DNA of 64,000 nucleotides from Vicinamibacterales bacterium (GTDB lineage Bacteria > Acidobacteriota > Vicinamibacteria > Vicinamibacterales > 2-12-FULL-66-21). The position numbers and the translations under genes are program-made. The stretch covers positions 4,036-68,035 of the forward strand of contig DASWVN010000240.1 in NCBI GenBank assembly GCA_036401215.1, read 5' to 3'. Under the pieces are notes generated by a model that was not told the DNA's origin, ran no database searches, and worked only from the letters and a program-made list of their open reading frames with translations. This document shows positions 46,749 to 56,085 of the stretch, piece by piece; the stretch's first letter is position 1; every line of letters begins with the position of its first letter.

Positions 46749-46762
46749 TCTACACTTTGCGT

Positions 46763-47389
46763 GTGCGTCGTTTCCTCGACTGGGTCATGGGCGTCGCCGA
46801 GGCGCTCGGGGGGCCCGGCCTCGCGTTGCTCGCGTTTCTCGATTCGTCCTTTCTTTCGTTTCCGCAGGTCGTCGACGTCCTGATGATGGGACTCGCGGCG
46901 AAGTATCCAGAGCGGCTGGTGTGGTACGCGGCGCTGCCGATGATCGGGTCCGTCGCCGGATCGTATCTGCTGTACTTCGTGGCGCGGCGGGGCGGCGAAG
47001 CGTTCGTCCGGCGTCGCGTCGGCGAGCGCCACATGAACCGGGCGTTCGGCGTGTTCCGCCGCTACGGGCTGCTGGCGGTGGCGGTGCCGGCGATCCTGCC
47101 GCCGCCGGTGCCGTTCAAGCTGTTCGTGCTCGCGGCCGGAGCCTCGGGGATGCGCACGCGGGACTTTCTGATCGCGACCGCGATCGGCCGCAGCGTCCGT
47201 TACTTCGGCGAGGCGCTGCTGGCCGCCTGGTTCGGCGCCACCGCGCTCGCCCGGCTCGAACTCTTCGTCGAAGAGAACAAGGCGCTATCGGGGGCCATCG
47301 TGGTCCTGGCGGTCGGCGGCATCGCGTTGTGGATCTGGTGGTCCGGGCGCCGGACGAGGTTTGACTCCGATGCCGGAAGCTCCCTATAA
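46763..47389 (+). CDS. DedA/YqaA (VTT domain) membrane protein
   Basis: GGPGLALLAFLDSSFLSFPQVVDVLMM... The GTG at 46763 is preferred; the track ATG at 46724 lies in a hairpin stem. Confidence 0.8.
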   Translation: MRRFLDWVMGVAEALGGPGLALLAFLDSSFLSFPQVVDVLMMGLAAKYPERLVWYAALPMIGSVAGSYLLYFVARRGGEAFVRRRVGERHMNRAFGVFRRYGLLAVAVPAILPPPVPFKLFVLAAGASGMRTRDFLIATAIGRSVRYFGEALLAAWFGATALARLELFVEENKALSGAIVVLAVGGIALWIWWSGRRTRFDSDAGSSL

Positions 47390-47415
47390 TCAAACGTTTA
47401 CCTGACATCCCGAGC

Positions 47416-48363
47416 ATGACGCCAGAGATCTCGGTCGTAGTACCGATGCGCAACGAGGCGCCCAACATAGGGCAGCTCTACCAGGAGTTGACGACGACCC
47501 TCGAGGCGTTTGGCCGTCCCTACGAAGTGCTCGCCATCGACGACGGAAGCACCGACGAGACGTTCCCGTTGCTCGCCGCCCTGCAGAAGAAGGATTGCCG
47601 CCTCCGCGTCATCCGCTTCCGCCGCAACTTCGGACAGACGGCGGCGTTCGCGGCCGGCTTCCAGCACGCGCGCGGCCGCTACATCGTCACGTCGGACGGC
47701 GACCTCCAGAACAATCCGAAGGACATCCCCGCGATGATCGGTCTGATCGAGCAGGGGCCCGACATCGTCGCCGGCTGGCGCAAGGACCGGAAGGATCCAT
47801 TCCTCAGCCGGCGCCTGCCGTCGATCGTCGCCAACGCCATCATTTCGTTCGCGACCGGCGTGAAGCTGCACGACTACGGATGCTCGCTCAAGGTGTTCCG
47901 GTCCGAGATCGTCAAACCGATGCGGCTGTACGGGGAGATGCACCGCTTTCTCCCCGCCATTGCCAGCGAGCAGGGGGTGGAGATCGTCGAACACGTCGTC
48001 GATCACCGGCCGCGGATCCATGGCCGGTCCAAGTACGGCATCTCGCGCACGATCCGCGTCGTGCTCGACCTGCTGACCGTGAAGTTCCTGAGCAGCTACT
48101 CGACGCGTCCGCTGCAGATGTTCGGCAGCATCGGCGTGACCATGGGGGCGATCGGCACGCTGATCGTGCTCTACCTCGCCTACGTGCGGTTGATCGCGCT
48201 CCAACCGATCGCCGACCGCACGCCGCTGCTGCTGCTCGGGATCTCGCTCGCCCTCGGCGGTGTGCAACTCGTCATGACGGGCCTCCTCGGCGAGATGCTG
48301 TCGCGTACGTACCACGAGTCACAGAACAAGCCGACGTACGTCATCCGCGAGATCCTCGAGTGA
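47416..48363 (+). CDS. GT2 polyprenyl-phosphate glycosyltransferase (ArnC/GtrB/DPM1-like)
   Basis: 315 aa; SVVVPMRNE, AIDDGSTDET, TSDGDLQN, two C-terminal TM segments. Confidence 0.92.
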   Translation: MTPEISVVVPMRNEAPNIGQLYQELTTTLEAFGRPYEVLAIDDGSTDETFPLLAALQKKDCRLRVIRFRRNFGQTAAFAAGFQHARGRYIVTSDGDLQNNPKDIPAMIGLIEQGPDIVAGWRKDRKDPFLSRRLPSIVANAIISFATGVKLHDYGCSLKVFRSEIVKPMRLYGEMHRFLPAIASEQGVEIVEHVVDHRPRIHGRSKYGISRTIRVVLDLLTVKFLSSYSTRPLQMFGSIGVTMGAIGTLIVLYLAYVRLIALQPIADRTPLLLLGISLALGGVQLVMTGLLGEMLSRTYHESQNKPTYVIREILE

Positions 48364-49136
48364 CGGCCAGAGAACGCACGGCGCGGGAAGCGGACCCGCA
48401 GATCACCGACATCCAGAAGGAGTTCGGCGCGCAGCGCTCGAAGCGCCAGCGCTACGCGGATCTCGTCATCGGCGAGGACGGATGGTGGCCGCTCGTCCGC
48501 TACGAGCTGGTCATGCTGCTGTCCTCGTGGGTGCCAGGTGCGCTGGGCCTCTTCCTGCGGTCGAAGCTCTATCCGTTGATCCTCGGACGCGTGGGCCGGA
48601 ACGTCGCGTTCGGGATGAACGTCGTGCTCCGTCATCCGAAGAAGATCGCCATCGGCGACAACGTGGTCGTCGACGATCAGTGCTGCCTCGACGCCAAGGG
48701 GAGCACGAACCACGGGATCGTGCTCGAGGACGGCGTGTTCGTCGGCCGCAATACGATCCTGAGCTGCAAGAACGGCGACATCCTGCTGGAAAAGGACGCG
48801 AACATCGGCTTCAACGTCGAAGTCTTCTCGGCCGCGCGAGTGCGCGTCGGCGCGCGGACGCTGATTGCCGCCTACACCTATCTCGTCGGCGGCGACCACC
48901 TCTACGACCGCACCGACGTGCCGGTCCTGCACCAGGGGCGAACGGCGCGCGGGATCGACGTCGGCGAGAACTGCTGGCTGGGCGCCCATGTCGTCGTGAC
49001 CGATGGCGCGACGATCGGCCGCGACGTCATCGTCGGCGCCGGATCCGTCGTGATCGGTGAAGTGCCCGAGTTCCACATCGTGGCCGGTTCCCCGGCCCGC
49101 GTCATCCGCGACCGGCGGGCGGCGGAATCCATCTAG
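48360..49136 (+). CDS. hexapeptide-repeat (LbH) acyl/acetyltransferase with N-terminal hydrophobic segment
   Basis: GTG at 48360 overlaps the GT2 stop; IGDNVVVDD..., VGENCWLGAHVVVTDGATIGRDVIVGAGSVV. Confidence 0.85.
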   Translation: MTARERTAREADPQITDIQKEFGAQRSKRQRYADLVIGEDGWWPLVRYELVMLLSSWVPGALGLFLRSKLYPLILGRVGRNVAFGMNVVLRHPKKIAIGDNVVVDDQCCLDAKGSTNHGIVLEDGVFVGRNTILSCKNGDILLEKDANIGFNVEVFSAARVRVGARTLIAAYTYLVGGDHLYDRTDVPVLHQGRTARGIDVGENCWLGAHVVVTDGATIGRDVIVGAGSVVIGEVPEFHIVAGSPARVIRDRRAAESI

Positions 49137-49140
49137 CTCC

Positions 49141-51030
49141 ATGTGCGGCATCGTCGGGATCGTCGAACGTGACCTGACGCGCCAGGTGCCTCCCGGCGCC
49201 GTCGAGCGCATGGTGCAGACGCTCCATCATCGCGGGCCCGACGAAGAGGGAGCCATCAACCTTCCCGGGGTCGCGCTGGCGATGCGCCGGCTGGCGATCG
49301 TCGATCTTGCCGGCGGCCAGCAGCCGCTCAGCAACGAGGACGGCACCATCCACATGGTGGCCAACGGCGAGATCTACAACTTCGAGGAGGTCAAGCAGGA
49401 GCTGATCGCGAAGGGCCACCGGTTCCGCTCGCGGGTGGACGTCGAGGTCATCGTCCACGGCTACGAGGAGTGGGGTCCGCAGTTCCTCTCGCGGCTGAAG
49501 GGGATGTTCGCGCTCGCCGTGTGGGACAGCCGGACGAAGACGCTGCTGGCGGCGCGCGATCGGGCCGGCGAGAAGCCGCTCTACTACACGACGACGGCTG
49601 AGGGGCTCCTGCTCGGATCCGAGATCAAGGCGATCCTCGCGCGCCCGGGTGTGGATCGCTCGCTGGACCTCGAGGCGCTCGATCAGTTCCTCACCTACGA
49701 GTACATCATCGCGCCGCGGACGATCTTCTCGTCCATCCGCAAGCTGCCGCCGGCGCACTACCTGCTGTATCGCGACAGCCAGGTCAGCGTCCATCGCTAC
49801 TGGGACGCGGCCGACGTTCGCGTCCGCGAGTGGAGCGACGCGGATGCCGCGGACGCGCTGCGCGACTCGCTTCGCCGCGCCGTGAACAGCCAGATGATGG
49901 CCGATGTGCCCGTCGGTGTGTTCCTGTCGGGCGGGATCGATTCGAGCACCATCGCCGTGCTCATGCAGAAGGAGACCGCGGGCGAGCGCGTCCGCAGCTT
50001 CAGCATGGGGTTCGACGACGGGAGCTACAACGAGCTGCCGTACGCGCGCGAGATTGCGGCGCTCTGTGGCACGCAGCACATCGAGGGGATGGTGACGCCC
50101 GACGTCGAAACGCTGTTCGACCGTCTCGTCGTCCATCTCGACGAACCGTTCGCCGACGTGTCGCTCTTCCCGACGTTCATGGTCTCGCAGATGGCGCGGG
50201 AGCACGTGAAGGTGGTGCTCAGCGGGGACGGTGGCGATGAGTTGTTCGGCGGCTACGACGCCTACGAGGCGCAGGCGCTGGCCGCGAAGTGGGGAAGCCT
50301 CGCGCCTGGATCGGCGGTCCGCGCCATGGATACGCTGCTCGAGGCCGTGCCTCCGACATCGAAGAAGAAGGGGCTCGTCAACAAGACGCGGCGCTTCGTT
50401 GCCGGCCTTGCGGGCGCGCCTGCCGACATCGAGCACTACCGCTGGATGACGTTTCTGTCGCCAGATGCCAGGCGGCGCCTGTACACCCGGCGCTTCCAGG
50501 ACGCGTTGATCGCCTCCGACGTCTACGAGCCGGTGCGATCCGCGCTGCGGCGGGCGGGAGGGGACGATCTGCTCAACCGTCAGCTGTACGCGGACCTGTG
50601 CATCTACCTCGCCGACGACATCCTCGTGAAAGTGGATCGCATGAGCATGGCGACCTCCCTCGAGACGCGGGCGCCGTTTCTCGACGTCGACGTCATGGAG
50701 CTGGCGTTCTCGATGCCGGGCCATCTCAAGATTCGGGACGGCCAGCGGAAGTTCGTCCTCAAGGAGGCGCTGCGCGGCCTCGTCCCCGATCGCATCCTGA
50801 AGCGCAAGAAGGAAGGCTTCAGCATCCCGATGAAGAACTGGCTGCGCAAGGAGCTTGCGCCGCTGATGGAATCGTTGCTGTCGGAGGAGCGGGTGGAGGC
50901 GCGCGGACTGTTGGAACCGGCGGAAGTCCGCAAGCTGATGGTTCAACACAAGGCCGGACGGGCCAATCACGCGCACGTCCTCTTCAGCCTGATGGTCTTC
51001 GAGAGGTGGGCGCAAGCCTTTGTGGACTGA
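49141..51030 (+). CDS. asnB: asparagine synthase (glutamine-hydrolysing) family amidotransferase
   Basis: MCGIVGI Ntn start; SGGIDSS PP-loop. Confidence 0.93.
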   Translation: MCGIVGIVERDLTRQVPPGAVERMVQTLHHRGPDEEGAINLPGVALAMRRLAIVDLAGGQQPLSNEDGTIHMVANGEIYNFEEVKQELIAKGHRFRSRVDVEVIVHGYEEWGPQFLSRLKGMFALAVWDSRTKTLLAARDRAGEKPLYYTTTAEGLLLGSEIKAILARPGVDRSLDLEALDQFLTYEYIIAPRTIFSSIRKLPPAHYLLYRDSQVSVHRYWDAADVRVREWSDADAADALRDSLRRAVNSQMMADVPVGVFLSGGIDSSTIAVLMQKETAGERVRSFSMGFDDGSYNELPYAREIAALCGTQHIEGMVTPDVETLFDRLVVHLDEPFADVSLFPTFMVSQMAREHVKVVLSGDGGDELFGGYDAYEAQALAAKWGSLAPGSAVRAMDTLLEAVPPTSKKKGLVNKTRRFVAGLAGAPADIEHYRWMTFLSPDARRRLYTRRFQDALIASDVYEPVRSALRRAGGDDLLNRQLYADLCIYLADDILVKVDRMSMATSLETRAPFLDVDVMELAFSMPGHLKIRDGQRKFVLKEALRGLVPDRILKRKKEGFSIPMKNWLRKELAPLMESLLSEERVEARGLLEPAEVRKLMVQHKAGRANHAHVLFSLMVFERWAQAFVD

Positions 51031-51126
51031 CGCGTGTCAACTTCCAGGCGGCCAACTTCCAACTCCCAAAATGATTGGAATTTGGAATTTGGAACTTGGG
51101 AGTTGGAAGTTGGAAGTTGGGAGTTA
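51027..51126. repeat. heptamer-built palindrome (CCAACTT/GGAAGTT units) between convergent asnB-like and glpD-like genes
   Basis: ctgacgcgtgtcaacttccaggcggccaacttccaactcccaaa...tttggaacttgggagttggaagttggaagttgggagtt. Confidence 0.9.
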
Positions 51127-52686
51127 GACAGCGAGCTCACGTTCGAGCGAAGCGATCTCGCGCGAGACTCTTTCCGAGTCCCACCCGCATTCGACGGCCA
51201 TGACGATGGCGGCGGCGCGTAGCACGTCGGGACCGGGGTGGCCGCCGGCGGCGAGGTCGGTCCGCCGCAGAGCGGCGTCCGCGAGCGTGTGGGCCATCTC
51301 GCGGCGGACTGCGTAGAGGATCTCCGCGCGGGTCACATGGGTGCCGGGGGACACCGGGTCGAGAGCGTCGGCAGGGAGTTCGGTGAACAGGGTTCCGTAG
51401 CGGGAGATGAGCCGCTCACGTCCGGGATGCTGCTGCCGGTATCGGGCCAGGCCGGCAAAGGATGCGCCGGTCAGCGGTTCGATCGGCGGATCCTGCACAG
51501 GACGGCCAAGGATTTCGCAGGCGAGCCGTGCGGCCTGTTGCGCCGTCGCACCCGCGGTCGTATAACGAACGCCGACGACCGACAGCAGGCCGGCCACGCC
51601 GTCGGCGCGGTGATCGCGGACGATGCTGTGTTTCAGGAGCGCGCCATGCGCCGATCCGTTCGGCTGGGCGGGCAGCAGGCCGCGGTGCACGAGGCGGATC
51701 GCGCCGGGGTTCAGGCGGGCGCCCGGGAACGCTTCGGCGCCGTCCCGCAGCAGCGCCTCGACGTCGGCTGGCGTCGGCGCGTGCCGCGGATCCTGCACGA
51801 AGCCCTCGTGCGAGGTGCCGAGGATCGAGCGATCGCGCCACGGGACGAGAAAGAGGAACCGCCCTCTGGAAAGGCCGCCGATCGCATGGCGCAGCGGAGA
51901 ATGATCGACGACGAGGTTCATGGCGAGCGAGAATCCGGCTTCGGTTTCCGCCGTGATGCCGCTGGCGGCCAGCAGTTGCCAGGTCCACGGACCGGCGGCG
52001 TTGATGACGAGCCGTCCGCGAACGTCGAGGGCGGTGCCGGTGAGCCGGTCGACCGCGTGCACGCCGGAGATGTGATCGTTGCGGCGAATGAGGTGGCGGA
52101 CCTCGACGTAGTTCGCCGCCGCCGCGCCGGCGTCGGTCATCGTCCGCAGGAGGGCGATCGCGAGCCGTTCGGGGCTATGGAGTTGATAGTCGTGCCAGAC
52201 CGCCGCGCCGGTCAGCCCGCGGCGGCCGACGAGCGGATTCAGCTCGAGTGCCCGCCGGCGGCCGACGGTGTAGCTCGCCGGCAGGTGGACGGCGGCATCG
52301 AGGTCGTCGTTGCGGTCACGGGAGATCGCGTCGTAGGCGAGCAGGAACAGGCGCATCGCGGTCCGGTTGCGGATCGGATGCCGCGCCGTCGGCACGACGA
52401 AGGGCATCACGCGGACCAGATGCGGCGCCATCGCGGCAATGGCGCGGCGCTCGCGGACGAACTGGCGGGCCTCGTCGATCGCGCCGTGCTGGAGCGGGCG
52501 GATGCCGCCGTGGACGGTTTTCAGGCTGTTGAAGGACGTGGCGCCGCCGAAATCGCGGCGTTCGAGGAGCGCGACCGACAGGCCGCGCCGGGTCAGCGCG
52601 TGCGCGGTGGAGAGGCCGTAAATGCCTCCGCCCACGACGATCACATCGAAGGTGTCGTCGGCCAGTCGCGCGAGGGTACGTTGCAT
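51124..52686 (-). CDS. FAD-dependent glycerol-3-phosphate dehydrogenase/oxidase family protein
   Basis: 520 aa; DVIVVGGGIYGLSTA dinucleotide fold, ...GGATSFNSLKTVHGGIR. Confidence 0.88.
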   Translation of the reverse strand: MQRTLARLADDTFDVIVVGGGIYGLSTAHALTRRGLSVALLERRDFGGATSFNSLKTVHGGIRPLQHGAIDEARQFVRERRAIAAMAPHLVRVMPFVVPTARHPIRNRTAMRLFLLAYDAISRDRNDDLDAAVHLPASYTVGRRRALELNPLVGRRGLTGAAVWHDYQLHSPERLAIALLRTMTDAGAAAANYVEVRHLIRRNDHISGVHAVDRLTGTALDVRGRLVINAAGPWTWQLLAASGITAETEAGFSLAMNLVVDHSPLRHAIGGLSRGRFLFLVPWRDRSILGTSHEGFVQDPRHAPTPADVEALLRDGAEAFPGARLNPGAIRLVHRGLLPAQPNGSAHGALLKHSIVRDHRADGVAGLLSVVGVRYTTAGATAQQAARLACEILGRPVQDPPIEPLTGASFAGLARYRQQHPGRERLISRYGTLFTELPADALDPVSPGTHVTRAEILYAVRREMAHTLADAALRRTDLAAGGHPGPDVLRAAAIVMAVECGWDSERVSREIASLERELAV

Positions 52687-52688
52687 TG

Positions 52689-53669
52689 ATGAAGTATTTT
52701 AGAGCGTGCGTCGCCCCAATGGCGGCGTCGTTGACGATCGTGATGATCCTTGCGGCGTGCGGGTCGAGCCCCACCGCGCCTCCGCCGCCGAATCGATTGA
52801 CGTTGACGTGCCCCGCCGCCGTGGAAGGGCAGTCTCCTGACGGCGAACCGGTGTCGGTGACGTTCGGATCCCCGATCCCGAATGGCGGCACGCCGCCCGT
52901 GAACCTGTCCTGCTCGCCGGTCTCCGGATCCCTGTTTCCCGGCGGCACGACCCAGGTGGTGTGCACGGCCACCGACTCGCGCGGCCTCACGGCGGCGTGC
53001 AATACATCGGTGTTCGTACGGCTGCCGGCTCGCCTGGCCGGCACGAAGTTCATGGCGTTTGGAGACAGCATCACCGCGGGACGCTATTCGGATCCCGTGC
53101 GTTCGCTCATCGTCGACGGCGGGATCGCCTATACGACGATCCTGGAGGCCCGGCTGAAGTCCGAATACCCCGGCCAGGCCTCGTCCATCCTGATCGTGAA
53201 CGAAGGCGTGCCGGGTGACATGGCGCATGTAGACGGGATTGCGCGGATCCGCACTACCCTCGTTCAGCATCGACCTGAGATCGTCCTGCTGATGATGGGG
53301 ACCAACGACCTCCTCGTCCCCGACGGGGTCGAGCGTGGAATCCTGGGGTTGCGACAGATCATCGCCGAGATCCGCGCGCCGGAGTTCAATGCCCGTGTCG
53401 TGCTGGCGACGATCCCCCCGCAACGCCCGGACCCCCGCCGCTTTCCGCACCTGGTCCCGGTGCTGAACGACCGCATCAGGCAGCTCGCGACACAGGAGAA
53501 CATTCCTCTGGCCGACGTCTACGAGGCGATGAAGGACGACCTGTCGCTCATCGGCGAAGACAATCTGCATCCCACGCCGGCAGGCATGGACGTCATCGCG
53601 AAGGTCTTTTTCGACACGATCAAGGCCAAACTGGAGGTCCCCCAGCCGGCCGCGCAGGGCGTTCGATGA
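52689..53669 (+). CDS. lipoprotein: HYR-like Ig domain plus SGNH/GDSL hydrolase
   Basis: Lipobox ILAAC; FMAFGDSITAG block I; GTNDL; DNLHPT block V. Confidence 0.85.
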   Translation: MKYFRACVAPMAASLTIVMILAACGSSPTAPPPPNRLTLTCPAAVEGQSPDGEPVSVTFGSPIPNGGTPPVNLSCSPVSGSLFPGGTTQVVCTATDSRGLTAACNTSVFVRLPARLAGTKFMAFGDSITAGRYSDPVRSLIVDGGIAYTTILEARLKSEYPGQASSILIVNEGVPGDMAHVDGIARIRTTLVQHRPEIVLLMMGTNDLLVPDGVERGILGLRQIIAEIRAPEFNARVVLATIPPQRPDPRRFPHLVPVLNDRIRQLATQENIPLADVYEAMKDDLSLIGEDNLHPTPAGMDVIAKVFFDTIKAKLEVPQPAAQGVR

Positions 53670-54445
53670 CCGGGCCGGACATGACTGAGAAGACCCGCGA
53701 GGTCAGGGCCTACTGGAATGCGAGGATCCACGACCTCGAGATGACCGACCAGCCTCCGGGCTCGAAGGCGTTCTTCGAAGAGCTGGACGACTACCGCTTC
53801 GACAAGCTTGCGTATCTGCCGAAGGTCATCGACTTCAACGGCTTTAGCGGCCAGCGGCTCGTCGAGGTGGGCTGCGGGATCGGGACGGACCTCGTCCGAT
53901 TCGCCAAAGGCGGGGCGCGCGTCATCGGCGTGGACCTCTCCGAGACCGCGATCCGGCTGGCGCGGCGGAACCTCGAGGTCCACGGCTTCGCGCCGGACCG
54001 GTTCATCACCGGCGACGGCAGCCGGTTGCCGCTCCCGGACCGGTCGATGGACGTGTTCTACGCCCACGGCGTGCTCCAGTACTCGGCCGATCCGCGCGGC
54101 ATCGTGACCGAAGCGCAGCGCGTCCTCCGGCCCGGCGGCACGGCGATCTTCATGGTCTACAACCGCGTATCGTGGCTGATGGCGATGTCGAAGGTGATGA
54201 AGGTCCCGCTCGAGCACCAGGACGCGCCGGGCCTGCGCATGTACTCGATCCCCGAGTACCGCGAGCTGCTTCAGGGCTTCACGTCCACGGAGATCATCCC
54301 GGAGCGGTTCCCGGTCAAGTCACGCCTGCATCGCGGCTGGAAGGGGATGCTCTTCAACACGTTCTTCGTCGGCGCCTTCAACGCGGTGCCGCGTGCGCTG
54401 GTGCGGCCGTACGGCTGGCACCTGATGGCGATCTGCCGCACATGA
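53666..54445 (+). CDS. class I SAM-dependent methyltransferase
   Basis: LVEVGCGIGTD motif I; overlaps the upstream stop (ATGA). Confidence 0.9.
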   Translation: MTGPDMTEKTREVRAYWNARIHDLEMTDQPPGSKAFFEELDDYRFDKLAYLPKVIDFNGFSGQRLVEVGCGIGTDLVRFAKGGARVIGVDLSETAIRLARRNLEVHGFAPDRFITGDGSRLPLPDRSMDVFYAHGVLQYSADPRGIVTEAQRVLRPGGTAIFMVYNRVSWLMAMSKVMKVPLEHQDAPGLRMYSIPEYRELLQGFTSTEIIPERFPVKSRLHRGWKGMLFNTFFVGAFNAVPRALVRPYGWHLMAICRT

Positions 54446-56085
54446 CCGGTTCGGTCGAGCGCGCGAGCGTGCGCTCGTCGCTCGCGGCGCTGGCGTTGTT
54501 CGTCGCGCTGACGGCCCTTCACACCTGGCCGCTGGCAGCCAACATCAGCACGCTCTCACGGCACGACAATGCCGATGCGGTCCTGAACGAGTGGGCCGTG
54601 GCGTGGGTGGCGCACCAGTTGCCGCGCGATCCGGTCCACCTGTTCGACGCCAACATCTTCTATCCGGAACCAAACACGCTCGCGTTCTCCGAGCACCTCT
54701 TCGTCCAGGCCCTGATGGGCGCGCCGCTGCTCTGGGCCGGTGTGCCGACGCTCGTCGTGCACAACCTGCTGATCCTCGCCGGGTTCACGCTGACGGGCTG
54801 GGTGATGGCGCTGGTGATGCGCCGTTGGACCGGCAGCTGGACGGCCGGGATCCTCGCCGGGATGATCCTCGCGTTCAACTCGCACAGCCTGAGCCGGATC
54901 GCGCATCTTCAGGCCGTCCACGTCGAATTCCTGCCGCTGGCGATGCTCGCGCTCGATCGCCTGCTCGCGTTTCCGAAGGTGGCGAACGCGCTGAAACTCT
55001 CGCTCGCGTTCGTCCTGCAGTCGCTGACGTCGAACTACCTGCTGGTGTTCATGACGTTCGGCATGGCGGGCGCGGGCCTGTCGCGGGCGGACGAGTGGCT
55101 GAGGAAGGACCGCTCGCGCGTGTTCGGGTTGCTCGCGCTCGGCGCGGCGGTCGCGGTCCTGGCGCTCGCGCCGTTCCTCCTGCCGTACGTGCAGGCGCAG
55201 CAGGAGCAGGGGCTGACGCGCTCGCTCGAGGAAACGTCGCGCTACGCCGCGTCGTGGCAGGACTACCTGAGCGCCGCCGGGAACGTCCATTACCGCACGT
55301 GGAGCGCGCCGTTGTGGCGCGGCGAAGGCGCGCCGCTGTTTCCGGGGTTCATCGCGATCCTGCTGGCCGGCGTGTCGTGCGCGAGCGGTCTCGTCTGGCG
55401 CAACCGGGCCGCGCGCATGTGGCTTGCCCTCGGCATCGTCGGCCTCGCGCTCTCGTTCGGGACGTCGCTGCCCGGCTATCGCGTGTTGTATCACGTCGTT
55501 CCGCTGCTGCAGGGGATCCGTGCGTCGGTCCGTTTCGGCTTTCTCGCAATCGCCGCCACCGCCGCGCTCGCGGGTTTCGGGCTCGCATTCCTGCAGTCAC
55601 GCTATCGGCAACGTCCGTGGTCGCGGGCGCTCACGGCCGCGGCGCTCGTGCTCGTCACGGGGGAGGCGCTGCGGATCCCGGTGGGTTACCGCGAGCCGCA
55701 TCGCACGCCGGCTGTCTACGACGTGCTGCGATCGGAACCGAACGCAATACTCGTCGAACTCCCGATGCCGGAACCGGCGAACTTCCACGAGAACGGCCCG
55801 TTCATGCTCCACGCAGCGGTCCACTGGCGGCCGATGCTGAACGGCTACAGCGGCTTCCTGCCGCAGTCGTACAGGACGCACTACGAACGGCTCAGAAGCT
55901 TTCCCGATAAGGGCTCGATCGCCTACCTGCGTCAAGTGGGGGTAACGCACGTCGCGGTGCACGCGAACCTCTTCGCGGCGAAGTGGGGAAGGGAACAGCT
56001 CGAGGCAATCGATCGATCAGCGGACGTCAGGCCCGCGATCAAGAGCCCGGGGCTGACGATCTATACGGTGGAGCCGCGACGATGA
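54442..56085 (+). CDS. polytopic membrane protein, GT-C-like, with C-terminal periplasmic domain
   Basis: 547 aa from the ATG at 54442 (ATGA overlap); more than 10 TM segments. The N-terminal part of the track ORF is out-of-context extension. Confidence 0.7.
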   Translation: MTGSVERASVRSSLAALALFVALTALHTWPLAANISTLSRHDNADAVLNEWAVAWVAHQLPRDPVHLFDANIFYPEPNTLAFSEHLFVQALMGAPLLWAGVPTLVVHNLLILAGFTLTGWVMALVMRRWTGSWTAGILAGMILAFNSHSLSRIAHLQAVHVEFLPLAMLALDRLLAFPKVANALKLSLAFVLQSLTSNYLLVFMTFGMAGAGLSRADEWLRKDRSRVFGLLALGAAVAVLALAPFLLPYVQAQQEQGLTRSLEETSRYAASWQDYLSAAGNVHYRTWSAPLWRGEGAPLFPGFIAILLAGVSCASGLVWRNRAARMWLALGIVGLALSFGTSLPGYRVLYHVVPLLQGIRASVRFGFLAIAATAALAGFGLAFLQSRYRQRPWSRALTAAALVLVTGEALRIPVGYREPHRTPAVYDVLRSEPNAILVELPMPEPANFHENGPFMLHAAVHWRPMLNGYSGFLPQSYRTHYERLRSFPDKGSIAYLRQVGVTHVAVHANLFAAKWGREQLEAIDRSADVRPAIKSPGLTIYTVEPRR

